Source of the DNA: an uncultured Gemmatimonadales bacterium
Lineage (GTDB): Bacteria; Gemmatimonadota; Gemmatimonadetes; Gemmatimonadales; GWC2-71-9
Assembly (NCBI GenBank): GCA_963795085.1
Contig: CAWCFX010000003.1
Location: 256,001-320,000 of the forward strand
DNA length: 64,000 bases
Reading direction: 5' to 3'
The position numbers and the translations under genes are program-made. Under the pieces are notes generated by a model. That model was not told the origin of the DNA and searched no databases. It was given only the letters and a program-made list of their open reading frames with translations. Every line of letters starts with the position of its first letter. Position 1 is the stretch's first letter. This document shows, one piece after another, positions 39,130 to 47,412 of this stretch.

Positions 39130-40365
39130 CTAACCTGCGATCATCCCGTATAGCTGGAACAGCGCCGCCTGCGCGGCCCGGGTCCGGATTTCTTCCCGGG
39201 AGCCGGGGAAGACATAGGAGCGGGCCTGAATTTCGCCGCCGGCAAGGCTGGCGTACCAGACCAGGCCAACCGGCTTTCCCGGGCTGCCGCCGCTGGGACC
39301 GGCGATCCCCGTGATCGCCATTGCCAGGGTAGCGCCAAAGCGCTCCGCCACGCCGTGAGCCAGCGCCCGGCAGACCGGCTCGCTCACGGCGCCGTGCTCC
39401 CGGATCAGGGCCGGATCGACGCCCAGGTGGGCGGTCTTCACGGCATCGCTGTAGGCGATGACGCCTCCCTCGAAGACATCGGAACTGCCGGGAATCGCCG
39501 TGAGCCGGCCCCCCAGGAGCCCGCCGGTACAGGACTCGGCCACCGCGAGCCGGTTTCCCGTGGCGCGGGCAGCGTCGAGCACCCGGGCCGCCAGGTCTGC
39601 GGTCCCTTCGGCATAGATGTACCGGCCCGCCCTCTCCTGGACCCGGTGGGCGGCGGCGGCCAGGCATTCGGCCGCCCGGTCCGGTCCCAGGTCCCACGCG
39701 GTGAGGCGCAGGTCCACCCCCAGGAGACCGGGGAGGTAGGCCAGGGACACCGGCGCGATCGGGGCATCGATATCATCCAGCAACTCGGCGAGCGTCGACT
39801 CTGCGATCCCGGTGGTCCGGAGGGTGCGCGACTGGATGACCGACCCTGAGGCCCTGGCGGCCAGCCGGGGAACCACCTCGCCGGTCATCAGGCCCCGCAT
39901 TTCCACCGGAACGCCGGGCAACAGGATGGCCAGCCCCGGTTTGCCCTCGAGCCAGAGTCCGGGCGCGGTTCCGCGCGGGTTGGGCAGCACCGTGGCGCCC
40001 CGCGGAACCTCGGCCTGGCACCGGTTGCTCACGGCCAGGGGACGGCCGTAGCGGGCGAAACGTGCCTCCAGTTCCTGCCAGATCTCGTCCCGGAATTCCA
40101 GGGGGAGCCCGAACAGGCCGGCCACGCTTTTCTTGGTGATGTCGTCGCGGGTGGGTCCCAGCCCGCCGGTGGTAATGACGGCCCCGGTGCGGGCCAGCGC
40201 ATCGGCGAGGGCGGACTCGATAGTGCGGGGGTGGTCGGGGATGGCGGTGCGGCGGGCAACCCGGACGCCGGCGGGTGCCAGCAGCTGGGCGATCTCGGCG
40301 CTGTTGGTATCGACGGTGAACCCCAGCAGCAGTTCAGTGCCGATCGTGAGGATTTCTATATCCAT
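39130..40365 (-). CDS. cinA: Competence/damage-inducible protein CinA (NMN deamidase)
   Basis: GTELLLG, TGGLGPTRDD, GTAPG, AESCTGG, TGIAGPSGG. Confidence 0.95.
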   Translation of the reverse strand: MDIEILTIGTELLLGFTVDTNSAEIAQLLAPAGVRVARRTAIPDHPRTIESALADALARTGAVITTGGLGPTRDDITKKSVAGLFGLPLEFRDEIWQELEARFARYGRPLAVSNRCQAEVPRGATVLPNPRGTAPGLWLEGKPGLAILLPGVPVEMRGLMTGEVVPRLAARASGSVIQSRTLRTTGIAESTLAELLDDIDAPIAPVSLAYLPGLLGVDLRLTAWDLGPDRAAECLAAAAHRVQERAGRYIYAEGTADLAARVLDAARATGNRLAVAESCTGGLLGGRLTAIPGSSDVFEGGVIAYSDAVKTAHLGVDPALIREHGAVSEPVCRALAHGVAERFGATLAMAITGIAGPSGGSPGKPVGLVWYASLAGGEIQARSYVFPGSREEIRTRAAQAALFQLYGMIAG

Positions 40366-40422
40366 GCATCCTGGCCGCCCCTCGCGGGGCCATGGCAGCG
40401 CCCGGGTCTGTCGTGCGTTCCG

Positions 40423-41055
40423 TTATTTTTCGGAGAACAACGAGCGATACCGGTAGATGTACACGAAGAACGAATACACCGTCAGCGCCGCGGCGAGGGC
40501 GAGCGCCACCGCCACGAAGCCCCCGTGGAAATCATTCCACCAGGCGGCGAAGCGGTTGTGCTCCCACCCCATGGGTTTGCGGGCATCGCGGAAGGCGAAC
40601 CAGAGCATGACCGCGCCGATGAAGACGTTCTGGATGACGGTCTTGAGCTTGCCGGGCCCGGCGGCGGTGATGACCACGCCGCGGCGGCGGGCCCACCAGC
40701 GGAACCCGGTCATGGCCAGCTCCCGCCCGATCAGCAGGCCGCAAACCCAGAGCGGAATGCTGCCCCAGAATGGTATCCCGTAGTCCTCCTGGCGGGCCCG
40801 GCTGATGAAGTAGATGGGGATCAGGGTGGCGAAGAGCAGCAGCTTGTCGGCGATGGGATCCAGGAACTTGCCCAGGTCGGTGATCTGGTTCCGGCTGCGG
40901 GCGATGTAACCGTCGAAGACATCGGAGATCGCGGCAGCCAGGAAAATGACGAAGGCAATGAGCTTGGGCCAGTATCCGGCGATAAACGGCAGGAGCGCGA
41001 TGACCGGGGTGAAGGAAATCCGGATCAGCGTAATGACGTTGGGAAGGTTCCACAT
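40423..41055 (-). CDS. pgsA: CDP-diacylglycerol--glycerol-3-phosphate 3-phosphatidyltransferase
   Basis: NLPNVIT, SDVFDGYIAR...GKFLDPIADK. Confidence 0.88.
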   Translation of the reverse strand: MWNLPNVITLIRISFTPVIALLPFIAGYWPKLIAFVIFLAAAISDVFDGYIARSRNQITDLGKFLDPIADKLLLFATLIPIYFISRARQEDYGIPFWGSIPLWVCGLLIGRELAMTGFRWWARRRGVVITAAGPGKLKTVIQNVFIGAVMLWFAFRDARKPMGWEHNRFAAWWNDFHGGFVAVALALAAALTVYSFFVYIYRYRSLFSEK

Positions 41056-41160
41056 AGCCGCAATCTAAGCGGGACCGGGATGGAAGCCAGATAAGCAGCA
41101 GCGAGGCGGTGCGCGGCAGGCCGTGGGCAGTTCCTCCCCAGGCCCACCGCGTTCGGATGG

Positions 41161-41835
41161 CTAGCCCAGGCTCTTCAGTACCAGCTTGCTGATGGACTTG
41201 AGGGTGTCAAAGACCCCGTCCCCGTTCAGGGCGACGGCTTCGTAGAAAGGCGCCCGCTCGATCCACTCGCCGTCCTGCTGGTAGACCAGGAACTCTCCCG
41301 GCACGTTGGGATCGGGCATCGTCCGCTGCCGAACCGGGTCGCTCACCGGCCAGCCGGGATTGAGCGCGGCCTGCAGTTCGCCGATCGGGGCAGCGTTGGG
41401 GAGGTCGCGCTTGTTGTACTGGATGACGAAGGGCATCCGGGTCAGATCGTACCCGTGTTCCGCCATGTTGTCGTAGAGGTTCTGCATGGACTCGATGTTG
41501 GCTTCCATCCGCTCGATCTGGCTGTCGGCGACGAACACCACGCCGTCCACGCCCTTGAGGATGAGCTTGCGGCTGGCGTTGTAATACACCTGGCCCGGGA
41601 CCGTGTACAGGTGGAACCGGGTCTTGAAGCCGCGGATGGTGCCGAGATCCACCGGCAGGAAGTCGAAAAACAGGGTCCGCTCGGTCTCGGTCGCCAGCGA
41701 GATCATCTTGCCGCGGGCGCCGGGGGCAACCTTCCCGTAGACGTGTTCCAGGTTGGTCGTCTTACCGCCCAGCCCGGGGCCGTAATAGACCAGCTTGCAG
41801 TTGATCTCGCGGGCCGCGTGATTGATCATCGACAT
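41161..41835 (-). CDS. mglA: Small Ras-like GTPase MglA
   Basis: [37 protein letters not shown]. Confidence 0.95.
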   Translation of the reverse strand: MSMINHAAREINCKLVYYGPGLGGKTTNLEHVYGKVAPGARGKMISLATETERTLFFDFLPVDLGTIRGFKTRFHLYTVPGQVYYNASRKLILKGVDGVVFVADSQIERMEANIESMQNLYDNMAEHGYDLTRMPFVIQYNKRDLPNAAPIGELQAALNPGWPVSDPVRQRTMPDPNVPGEFLVYQQDGEWIERAPFYEAVALNGDGVFDTLKSISKLVLKSLG

Positions 41836-41853
41836 GAGAAGCGGAGTCCTTTC

Positions 41854-42342
41854 TCAGCCGAACAGCTTGTCAATTTCATCTTCAGCATCACCCAGGAAGC
41901 CGGTTTCCACATGGGATCGTCCAGCGCCGTCCTGGCTGAACATCCCTTCGAAGACCTTGTTCAGTTCGCCCACGGTATTCTTGACCCGCAGCTTGACCAG
42001 CCCGAGCGTGGTACGGTTGTCGAACAGCACGACCAGGATGACCCGGCGGGCGATATCCGCCAGGTACATGGATTCCTTCTCTCCCTGGTGAAACAGGGCC
42101 CCGAACTCGGGCTCCCCGATCATCTTGGCCAACTGGTCGTTGGCGCTGAAGTCGGCGGCGGTAAGGGAGGCGAACGCGGTCGGATCGAAGGTGGGAGGCT
42201 CGCCGGCGGTGGTGATCATCTGCCCGGTGCGGTCAACGATCAGCGCGGTCCGGGCCCCGGACTCACGCAGGAATTCGACCAGGATGACCTGGATGCTCCG
42301 GGCATCTTCTTCACGGAAGGACCAACTGGAAGCGCCTGACAT
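41854..42342 (-). CDS. mglB: Roadblock/LC7 GAP protein MglB
   Basis: LIVDRTGQMI, ASLTAADFSA..LAKMIGE..F..LFHQG, TLGLVKL, EIDKLFG; directly upstream of mglA. Confidence 0.92.
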   Translation of the reverse strand: MSGASSWSFREEDARSIQVILVEFLRESGARTALIVDRTGQMITTAGEPPTFDPTAFASLTAADFSANDQLAKMIGEPEFGALFHQGEKESMYLADIARRVILVVLFDNRTTLGLVKLRVKNTVGELNKVFEGMFSQDGAGRSHVETGFLGDAEDEIDKLFG

Positions 42343-42629
42343 CACCCTCCTGCCTTGGTAGTTCCGAGCATGGTTTCCATCCGGCGCAGGACCGCGGCGG
42401 CGCGCCGGCGCAGCATCGGCTGCGTCTCCCAGGCGAGATAGTCCCGCAAAAGCCGAACCGTGTCGATCTCCACCTGCCCCTGGAGGTAGGCCAGGGCCGA
42501 GAGCCGGCGCAGCGGCTGCCCGCTGAAGAGGTCGTTCCGACTGCGAACCAGGTGGTGCCGCCCGGCGAACCAGCCGGCCGTGAGTCCCAGCAGGCCCGCG
42601 CCAAAGAACAGGAAACTGCGGGAGCGCAT
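42342..42629 (-). CDS. Small hypothetical membrane-anchored protein (95 aa)
   Basis: GGAGG RBS inside the recR 3' end, N-terminal TM, stop overlaps the mglB ATG (TGATG). Confidence 0.8.
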   Translation of the reverse strand: MRSRSFLFFGAGLLGLTAGWFAGRHHLVRSRNDLFSGQPLRRLSALAYLQGQVEIDTVRLLRDYLAWETQPMLRRRAAAVLRRMETMLGTTKAGG

Positions 42630-42631
42630 GG

Positions 42632-43222
42632 CTAGCGAACCTCCTGCCGCTCGAGCAGGGCATGTGCCAGTGTCACCCCATCCACGAACTCCAGGTCGCC
42701 GCCCATGGGAAGCCCCCGGGCCAGGCGGGTCACCTTGACGCTCATACCGGACAGCAGTTGCTGGATGTAGGTGGCGGTGACCTCGCCCTCCATGGAGGGA
42801 TTGGTCGCCAGGATGATCTCCGTCACGCCATCGTGCTGAACCCGGTGCATCAACTGCCGGATCCGGAGCGCCTCCGGGCCCACCCCGCTCAATGGGTCCA
42901 ACCGACCGCCCAGCACGTGGTAGCGGCCCCGGAACCCGGTAGCCCGGTCCAGGACCCCGACGGCGGACGGCTCCTCGACCACACAGACCACCGCCGGATC
43001 CCGGCGGGGATCCTGGCAGAATTCGCAGGTGTCCGTTTCGGCCGGTGTCCCACACACTCCGCAGGGCCGCACCCGCTCGGCCACGGCCGCGAGGACCGTG
43101 GCCAACCGCACCGCTTGTTGTGGAGACTGCTGCAGCAGGTGAAAGGTCAGGCGCTGGGCCGTCTTCCGGCCGATGCCTGGCAACCGGGCAAATTCGGTGA
43201 TCAGGTCCTCAATCGCGGGCAC
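42632..43222 (-). CDS. recR: Recombination mediator RecR
   Basis: LPGIGRKTAQRL, C4 zinc finger, TOPRIM (ATNPSMEGE), GGDLEFVD. Confidence 0.97.
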   Translation of the reverse strand: MPAIEDLITEFARLPGIGRKTAQRLTFHLLQQSPQQAVRLATVLAAVAERVRPCGVCGTPAETDTCEFCQDPRRDPAVVCVVEEPSAVGVLDRATGFRGRYHVLGGRLDPLSGVGPEALRIRQLMHRVQHDGVTEIILATNPSMEGEVTATYIQQLLSGMSVKVTRLARGLPMGGDLEFVDGVTLAHALLERQEVR

Positions 43223-43225
43223 CGG

Positions 43226-43534
43226 TCAGAGCGGCATGTTGAAAGGGAACGGCTGCACCTTTCGCATTTCCGCCTGGAGTACTTCCTGGGCCCGGCGCTG
43301 CGCCTCGGCCACCGCGGAGGTGACCAGATCGGAGAGGAACTCGGCATCCCGGTCCTCGAAAGCCGCCGGATCGATGGTGATGGACCGGACGGTGCCCCGG
43401 CCGTCGGCCGTGACTTTGACCAAACCCGCCCCCGCCGAAGTCTCGATGGTGCGGGATGCAAGTTCGGTCTGGATCTCCTGCAGCCGGCCCTGCATCTGCT
43501 GGCCCAGCTGAAACAACTGCTGTAGGTCTGCCAT
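43226..43534 (-). CDS. ybaB: YbaB/EbfC nucleoid-associated protein
   Basis: SAGAGLVKVTADG...LSDLVTSAV; located between dnaX and recR. Confidence 0.93.
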   Translation of the reverse strand: MADLQQLFQLGQQMQGRLQEIQTELASRTIETSAGAGLVKVTADGRGTVRSITIDPAAFEDRDAEFLSDLVTSAVAEAQRRAQEVLQAEMRKVQPFPFNMPL

Positions 43535-43652
43535 GAATCCGTAAGTTCCTGTCAAATCGTAAAATAGGCGCGCATCCGGAGGGGGCAAGTGGTCCCGTGA
43601 GCCAAGGCGCCAGGGCTGGATGCACCACCGGACCCCTGGCCCCCGTTGCCCC

Positions 43653-45383
43653 TCAGTCCACGATCTCCAAATCTAACTCATCGGCGGCGGCATCGAGGGC
43701 CGGATCCTTCTTCCGCAGCGTCTTAAGCCGCTCCGCCCTGGCCCCGGCATCCGACATCCGCTTTGGCCGGGGTGCGGAATCCTCGGGTAATGGAGTAGCC
43801 GAACCCACCTGGAAGGTGACCGGGGCCGCGACGAAGCGGACCAGGATTGCCTCCACGATACCGCGCTGCCGATTGAGCCGCTCGGCGATCAGGGGATTGG
43901 GGTCCAGCAACTCCACCGTGAGCCTGGGAGGAGCCGCCTCGATCGGTCGGCTGGCGCCCAGGGCCTCGCCCAGGAAGGGACTTTCCTTGCGGGCCTCCGC
44001 CACCACAGCGCCCCACGCCTCCTCCAGGGCGGACACGGTGAACGGCACCGGGTCGGCCGACAAACCCGGTCCCGGGGGCGGGGGCAGGGGAACCGCCTCC
44101 GGCGCCTCGGTGGGCACCGGCGGGGTGGGCGCGGGCTCCCGGGTCGCTCGGGGCTCGGGCCGGGCAGATGGCGCGGGAAGGATGGGCCGGCGGGGCGCGT
44201 TCGGTTCCCCGCCGGTATTCCGAGCGGGCGGAGTGGCCCCATCCCCCAGCTGGGCCAGGACCCGTTCCAGGTCCACGACCTGATCCATCAATGTCCAGCG
44301 AAGCAGGAGCGTCTCAACCATCAACCGCGGGTTCGCGCTGCGCCGGATCCCCTGCTCCTGGTCGGCCAGCAGCTTGAGCATCCGCAGGACATCGCCGGCG
44401 GCCAGCCGGGTGCGATAGTGGTCCAGCTGCTGGCGCATGGCTTCGGTGAGACCCTCCGGGTCCGAGCCCAGCTGGAGCATCAACAGCGACCGCAGCATCT
44501 CGGCGGCCCCGTTCATGAACTCGCCCAGGTCGGCGCCACCCTGGGTCAGCCGCTCGACCAGCGGGAAGACCGCCTCGGGGCGGCGCTCGGCGACCATCGC
44601 CAGGACTTCGCCGTAGAGTTCGTCGTCCACCAGGCTGAGAATGGACCGGACGCTTTTCACGGTCAGCTCGCCGTCGCCGAAGCTGAGACACTGGTCGAGC
44701 ACCGAGAGGGCATCCCGCATCCCGCCATCGGCGCCCCGGGCAATGAGGGTCAGCGCATCGTCCTCCGCCCGGATTCCCTCTGCCCGGGCCACCTCCCGGA
44801 GGCGCTCGCGAATGGCGGCCGGCCCGATCCGGCGGAAATCGAAGCGCTGCAGCCGCGACATCACCGGGGCCGCCGCCTGCGCAATCTTCTGCGGCTCGGT
44901 GGTGGCGAAGACAAACACCACGCCGGGCGGCGGCTCTTCCAGGATCTTGAGAAGGGCGTTCCACGCCTCCCGGGTGAGCATGTGGGCCTCGTCCACGATG
45001 TACACCTTGTAGTGGCCGGGCTGGGACGCCGCGTACATCGCCCGCTCGCGCAGTTCCCGGGCATCGTCCACCCCCCGGTTGCTGGCGGCGTCAATCTCCA
45101 CCACGTCCAGGTTGGCGGACCCGGCCCAGATCCGGGCACAGTTGACGCACTCGCCACAAGGCTCGCCGGGCGGATCCATCTCCTCTTTCCGCTCGCAGTT
45201 CAGGGCCATGGCCAGGATCCGCGCCGCGGTGGTCTTCCCCACCCCGCGAGGGCCGGTCAGCAGGTATCCGTGCCCCACCCGGTTTCGGGCGATGGCACCG
45301 CGGAGCACGTTGGCCACGTGGTCCTGCACGATGAGATCGGAAAATTTCCGGGGACGGTACTTCCGGGCGAGCGCGATTGCCAT
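43653..45383 (-). CDS. dnaX: DNA polymerase III subunit gamma/tau
   Basis: LARKYRP, GPRGVGKTT, EIDAASNRG, IVDEAHML, NALLKILEEP. Confidence 0.97.
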   Translation of the reverse strand: MAIALARKYRPRKFSDLIVQDHVANVLRGAIARNRVGHGYLLTGPRGVGKTTAARILAMALNCERKEEMDPPGEPCGECVNCARIWAGSANLDVVEIDAASNRGVDDARELRERAMYAASQPGHYKVYIVDEAHMLTREAWNALLKILEEPPPGVVFVFATTEPQKIAQAAAPVMSRLQRFDFRRIGPAAIRERLREVARAEGIRAEDDALTLIARGADGGMRDALSVLDQCLSFGDGELTVKSVRSILSLVDDELYGEVLAMVAERRPEAVFPLVERLTQGGADLGEFMNGAAEMLRSLLMLQLGSDPEGLTEAMRQQLDHYRTRLAAGDVLRMLKLLADQEQGIRRSANPRLMVETLLLRWTLMDQVVDLERVLAQLGDGATPPARNTGGEPNAPRRPILPAPSARPEPRATREPAPTPPVPTEAPEAVPLPPPPGPGLSADPVPFTVSALEEAWGAVVAEARKESPFLGEALGASRPIEAAPPRLTVELLDPNPLIAERLNRQRGIVEAILVRFVAAPVTFQVGSATPLPEDSAPRPKRMSDAGARAERLKTLRKKDPALDAAADELDLEIVD

Positions 45384-45544
45384 GGCAAGGAAGATAGACG
45401 GTCCGGGGGGAGGGGGAAAGAAAAAGGGGGTGGCAGGGATCCCCCCCTCCCTCCCCCCGGGCCCCTCGCCGCTTTTGCGTAAGCCCCATCACGGACAGCC
45501 TAACCGGCACTTCGCAACATCCATACGTCTCCAGCGAGGATCGT

Positions 45545-47230
45545 ATGAGCATCTCTCTCAAGGCGGCCCACCTCAAGCGATACCGGGACATCGCCCGGTT
45601 GTTCATCAAGTACGGGCGTTCCGACCTGGTCGCGTCGGCGGGCATGAATGGCGACCTGGTGCCGCCGGTCCCGCAGGACGTCCCGGTGCCGGCCGCCGAG
45701 GAACTGGCGACCGACCTGGAGAAAATGGGGCCCACGTTCATCAAGCTGGGCCAGCTGCTGTCCAGCCGGGGGGAGATTCTGCCGCCGGCCTACCTTACCG
45801 CCCTGGAGCGGCTGCAGGACGACGTGGAACCCTTTCCCTTCTCCGACGTGGAGAAGATCGTCACCGAGGAACTGGGCGCCCGGCTGTCCAAGGCCTTTTC
45901 ATTCTTCGATTCAACCCCGCTGGCCGCCGCCTCCCTGGGCCAGGTGCACCGGGCGGCGCTCCGGGACGGCCGGGCGGTGGTAGTCAAGGTCCAGCGCCCC
46001 GGCATCCGGGAGCGGGTGGTCGAGGACCTCGACGCCTTTGACGAGATCACCACGCTGCTGCTCAAGCATACCAGCCTGGGAGAGCGCTACGACCTCGCCG
46101 GGATCATGGACCAGTTCCGCAAGTCGCTGCTCACCGAACTGGATTACCGGCGGGAGGCGGCCAACCTGCTCCGGCTGGGACAGAACCTCCGGTCATTCGA
46201 GCAGATCGTTGTCCCGGCCGCGGTGGATGACTACACCACGACCAGGATCCTCACCATGGACTACGTGAGCGGCAAGAAGATCACCGCGCTGAGTCCTCTG
46301 ACCCTGATCGAGGTGGACGGCGAGGAACTGGCGGAGAGCCTCTTCCGGGCCTACCTCAAGCAGATCTTCGTGGACGGGTTTTTTCATGCCGACCCTCATC
46401 CGGGCAACGTCTTCCTGACCGAGGACTACCGGATCGCGCTGCTGGACCTCGGCATGGTCGCCACCATTCCGCCCCGGATGCAGGAACACCTGCTCCAGAT
46501 GGTGCTGGCGATCGCGGAGGGACGCAGCGACGAAACCGCCGACTTCGTGCTCAAACTGGGCGAGACGACCGAGCACCTGGACGAGCGGGAGTTCCGGCGC
46601 CGGGTGGCGGAGCTGGTCAGCGCCAGCCATGGCGCCAGCATCGGGGAACTCAAGGTGGGCCGCATATTCCTCGAGATGTCCCACTATTCGGCCGAGACCG
46701 GGGTGCGGCTCCCGCCGGAACTGACCTTGCTCGGCAAGGCGCTCCTCAACCTGGATGGCATCGGCCGCACCCTGGCTCCGGAGTTCGACCCCAATGCGTC
46801 CATCCGGAGAAACTCGGCCCGGCTGATGAACCAGCGGATGATCAAGAGCCTGTCGCCGGGCAGCATTTTCAGCAACGTGATCGAAATGAAGGAAATGGTG
46901 GACCGCCTGCCGGGACGGGTGAACAAGATCCTGGACCACGCGGCCAACAATCAGCTGGGGCTCAAGATCGACACGGGAATCGACTCAGCCCAGTTCATGG
47001 TCGGGCTGCAGAAGGTGGCCAACCGGATCACCATCGGCTTGATCCTGGCGGCGCTGATCGTCGGGGCGGCGTTGCTGATGCGGATCGAGACGAGCTTCAG
47101 GATTTTCGGCTATCCGGGGCTGGCCATGCTGTGTTTTCTCGGGGCGGCCGGCATCGGGCTGGCCCTGTTGCTGCATATCGTGTGGCAGGACGTGTCGGAG
47201 AGCGAAAGCAGGAAAGGACGGAGACAATGA
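45545..47230 (+). CDS. ABC1/UbiB (AarF) family kinase
   Basis: GPTFIKLGQ, AAASLGQVH, VKVQRP, FFHADPHPGN, LDLGM; C-terminal TMs. Confidence 0.93.
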   Translation: MSISLKAAHLKRYRDIARLFIKYGRSDLVASAGMNGDLVPPVPQDVPVPAAEELATDLEKMGPTFIKLGQLLSSRGEILPPAYLTALERLQDDVEPFPFSDVEKIVTEELGARLSKAFSFFDSTPLAAASLGQVHRAALRDGRAVVVKVQRPGIRERVVEDLDAFDEITTLLLKHTSLGERYDLAGIMDQFRKSLLTELDYRREAANLLRLGQNLRSFEQIVVPAAVDDYTTTRILTMDYVSGKKITALSPLTLIEVDGEELAESLFRAYLKQIFVDGFFHADPHPGNVFLTEDYRIALLDLGMVATIPPRMQEHLLQMVLAIAEGRSDETADFVLKLGETTEHLDEREFRRRVAELVSASHGASIGELKVGRIFLEMSHYSAETGVRLPPELTLLGKALLNLDGIGRTLAPEFDPNASIRRNSARLMNQRMIKSLSPGSIFSNVIEMKEMVDRLPGRVNKILDHAANNQLGLKIDTGIDSAQFMVGLQKVANRITIGLILAALIVGAALLMRIETSFRIFGYPGLAMLCFLGAAGIGLALLLHIVWQDVSESESRKGRRQ

Positions 47231-47237
47231 AGGAAGA

Positions 47238-47337
47238 GTGCCCCAGGCACCCCGAAGCGACACCAGACATCGCTTAGCGCTGCTACCGGCAAGGTCCTGA
47301 CGCGATTCGCGCGCCAGCGCCCTTCGGACCTGGGGCG
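47238..47337 (-). ncRNA. ffs: Signal recognition particle RNA (4.5S, small bacterial SRP)
   Basis: The minus strand reads GCCCCAGG...GAAUCGCGUCAGGACC-UUGCC-GGUAGCAGCGCUAAGCG...CCUGGGGC, i.e. the helix-8 CAGG/AGCAG symmetric loop in a ~100-nt hairpin. TACTTT -10 at 47343-48; near dnaX. Confidence 0.88.
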
Positions 47338-47412
47338 AGGGAAAAGTAACGGCCCAGGGGGCGATCGGCCAGTGGTCCCCAGCGGGTTAGTGCCCCACAC
47401 CCCTCAATTCGC

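Noticed and set aside
43570..43655. Hairpin next to dnaX considered as SRP RNA
   Set aside because: It lacks the CAGG/AGCAG helix-8 motif. The real candidate is at 47238-47337.
43653..45383. Programmed frameshift in dnaX
   Set aside because: No A AAA AAG or long poly-A slippery site was seen.
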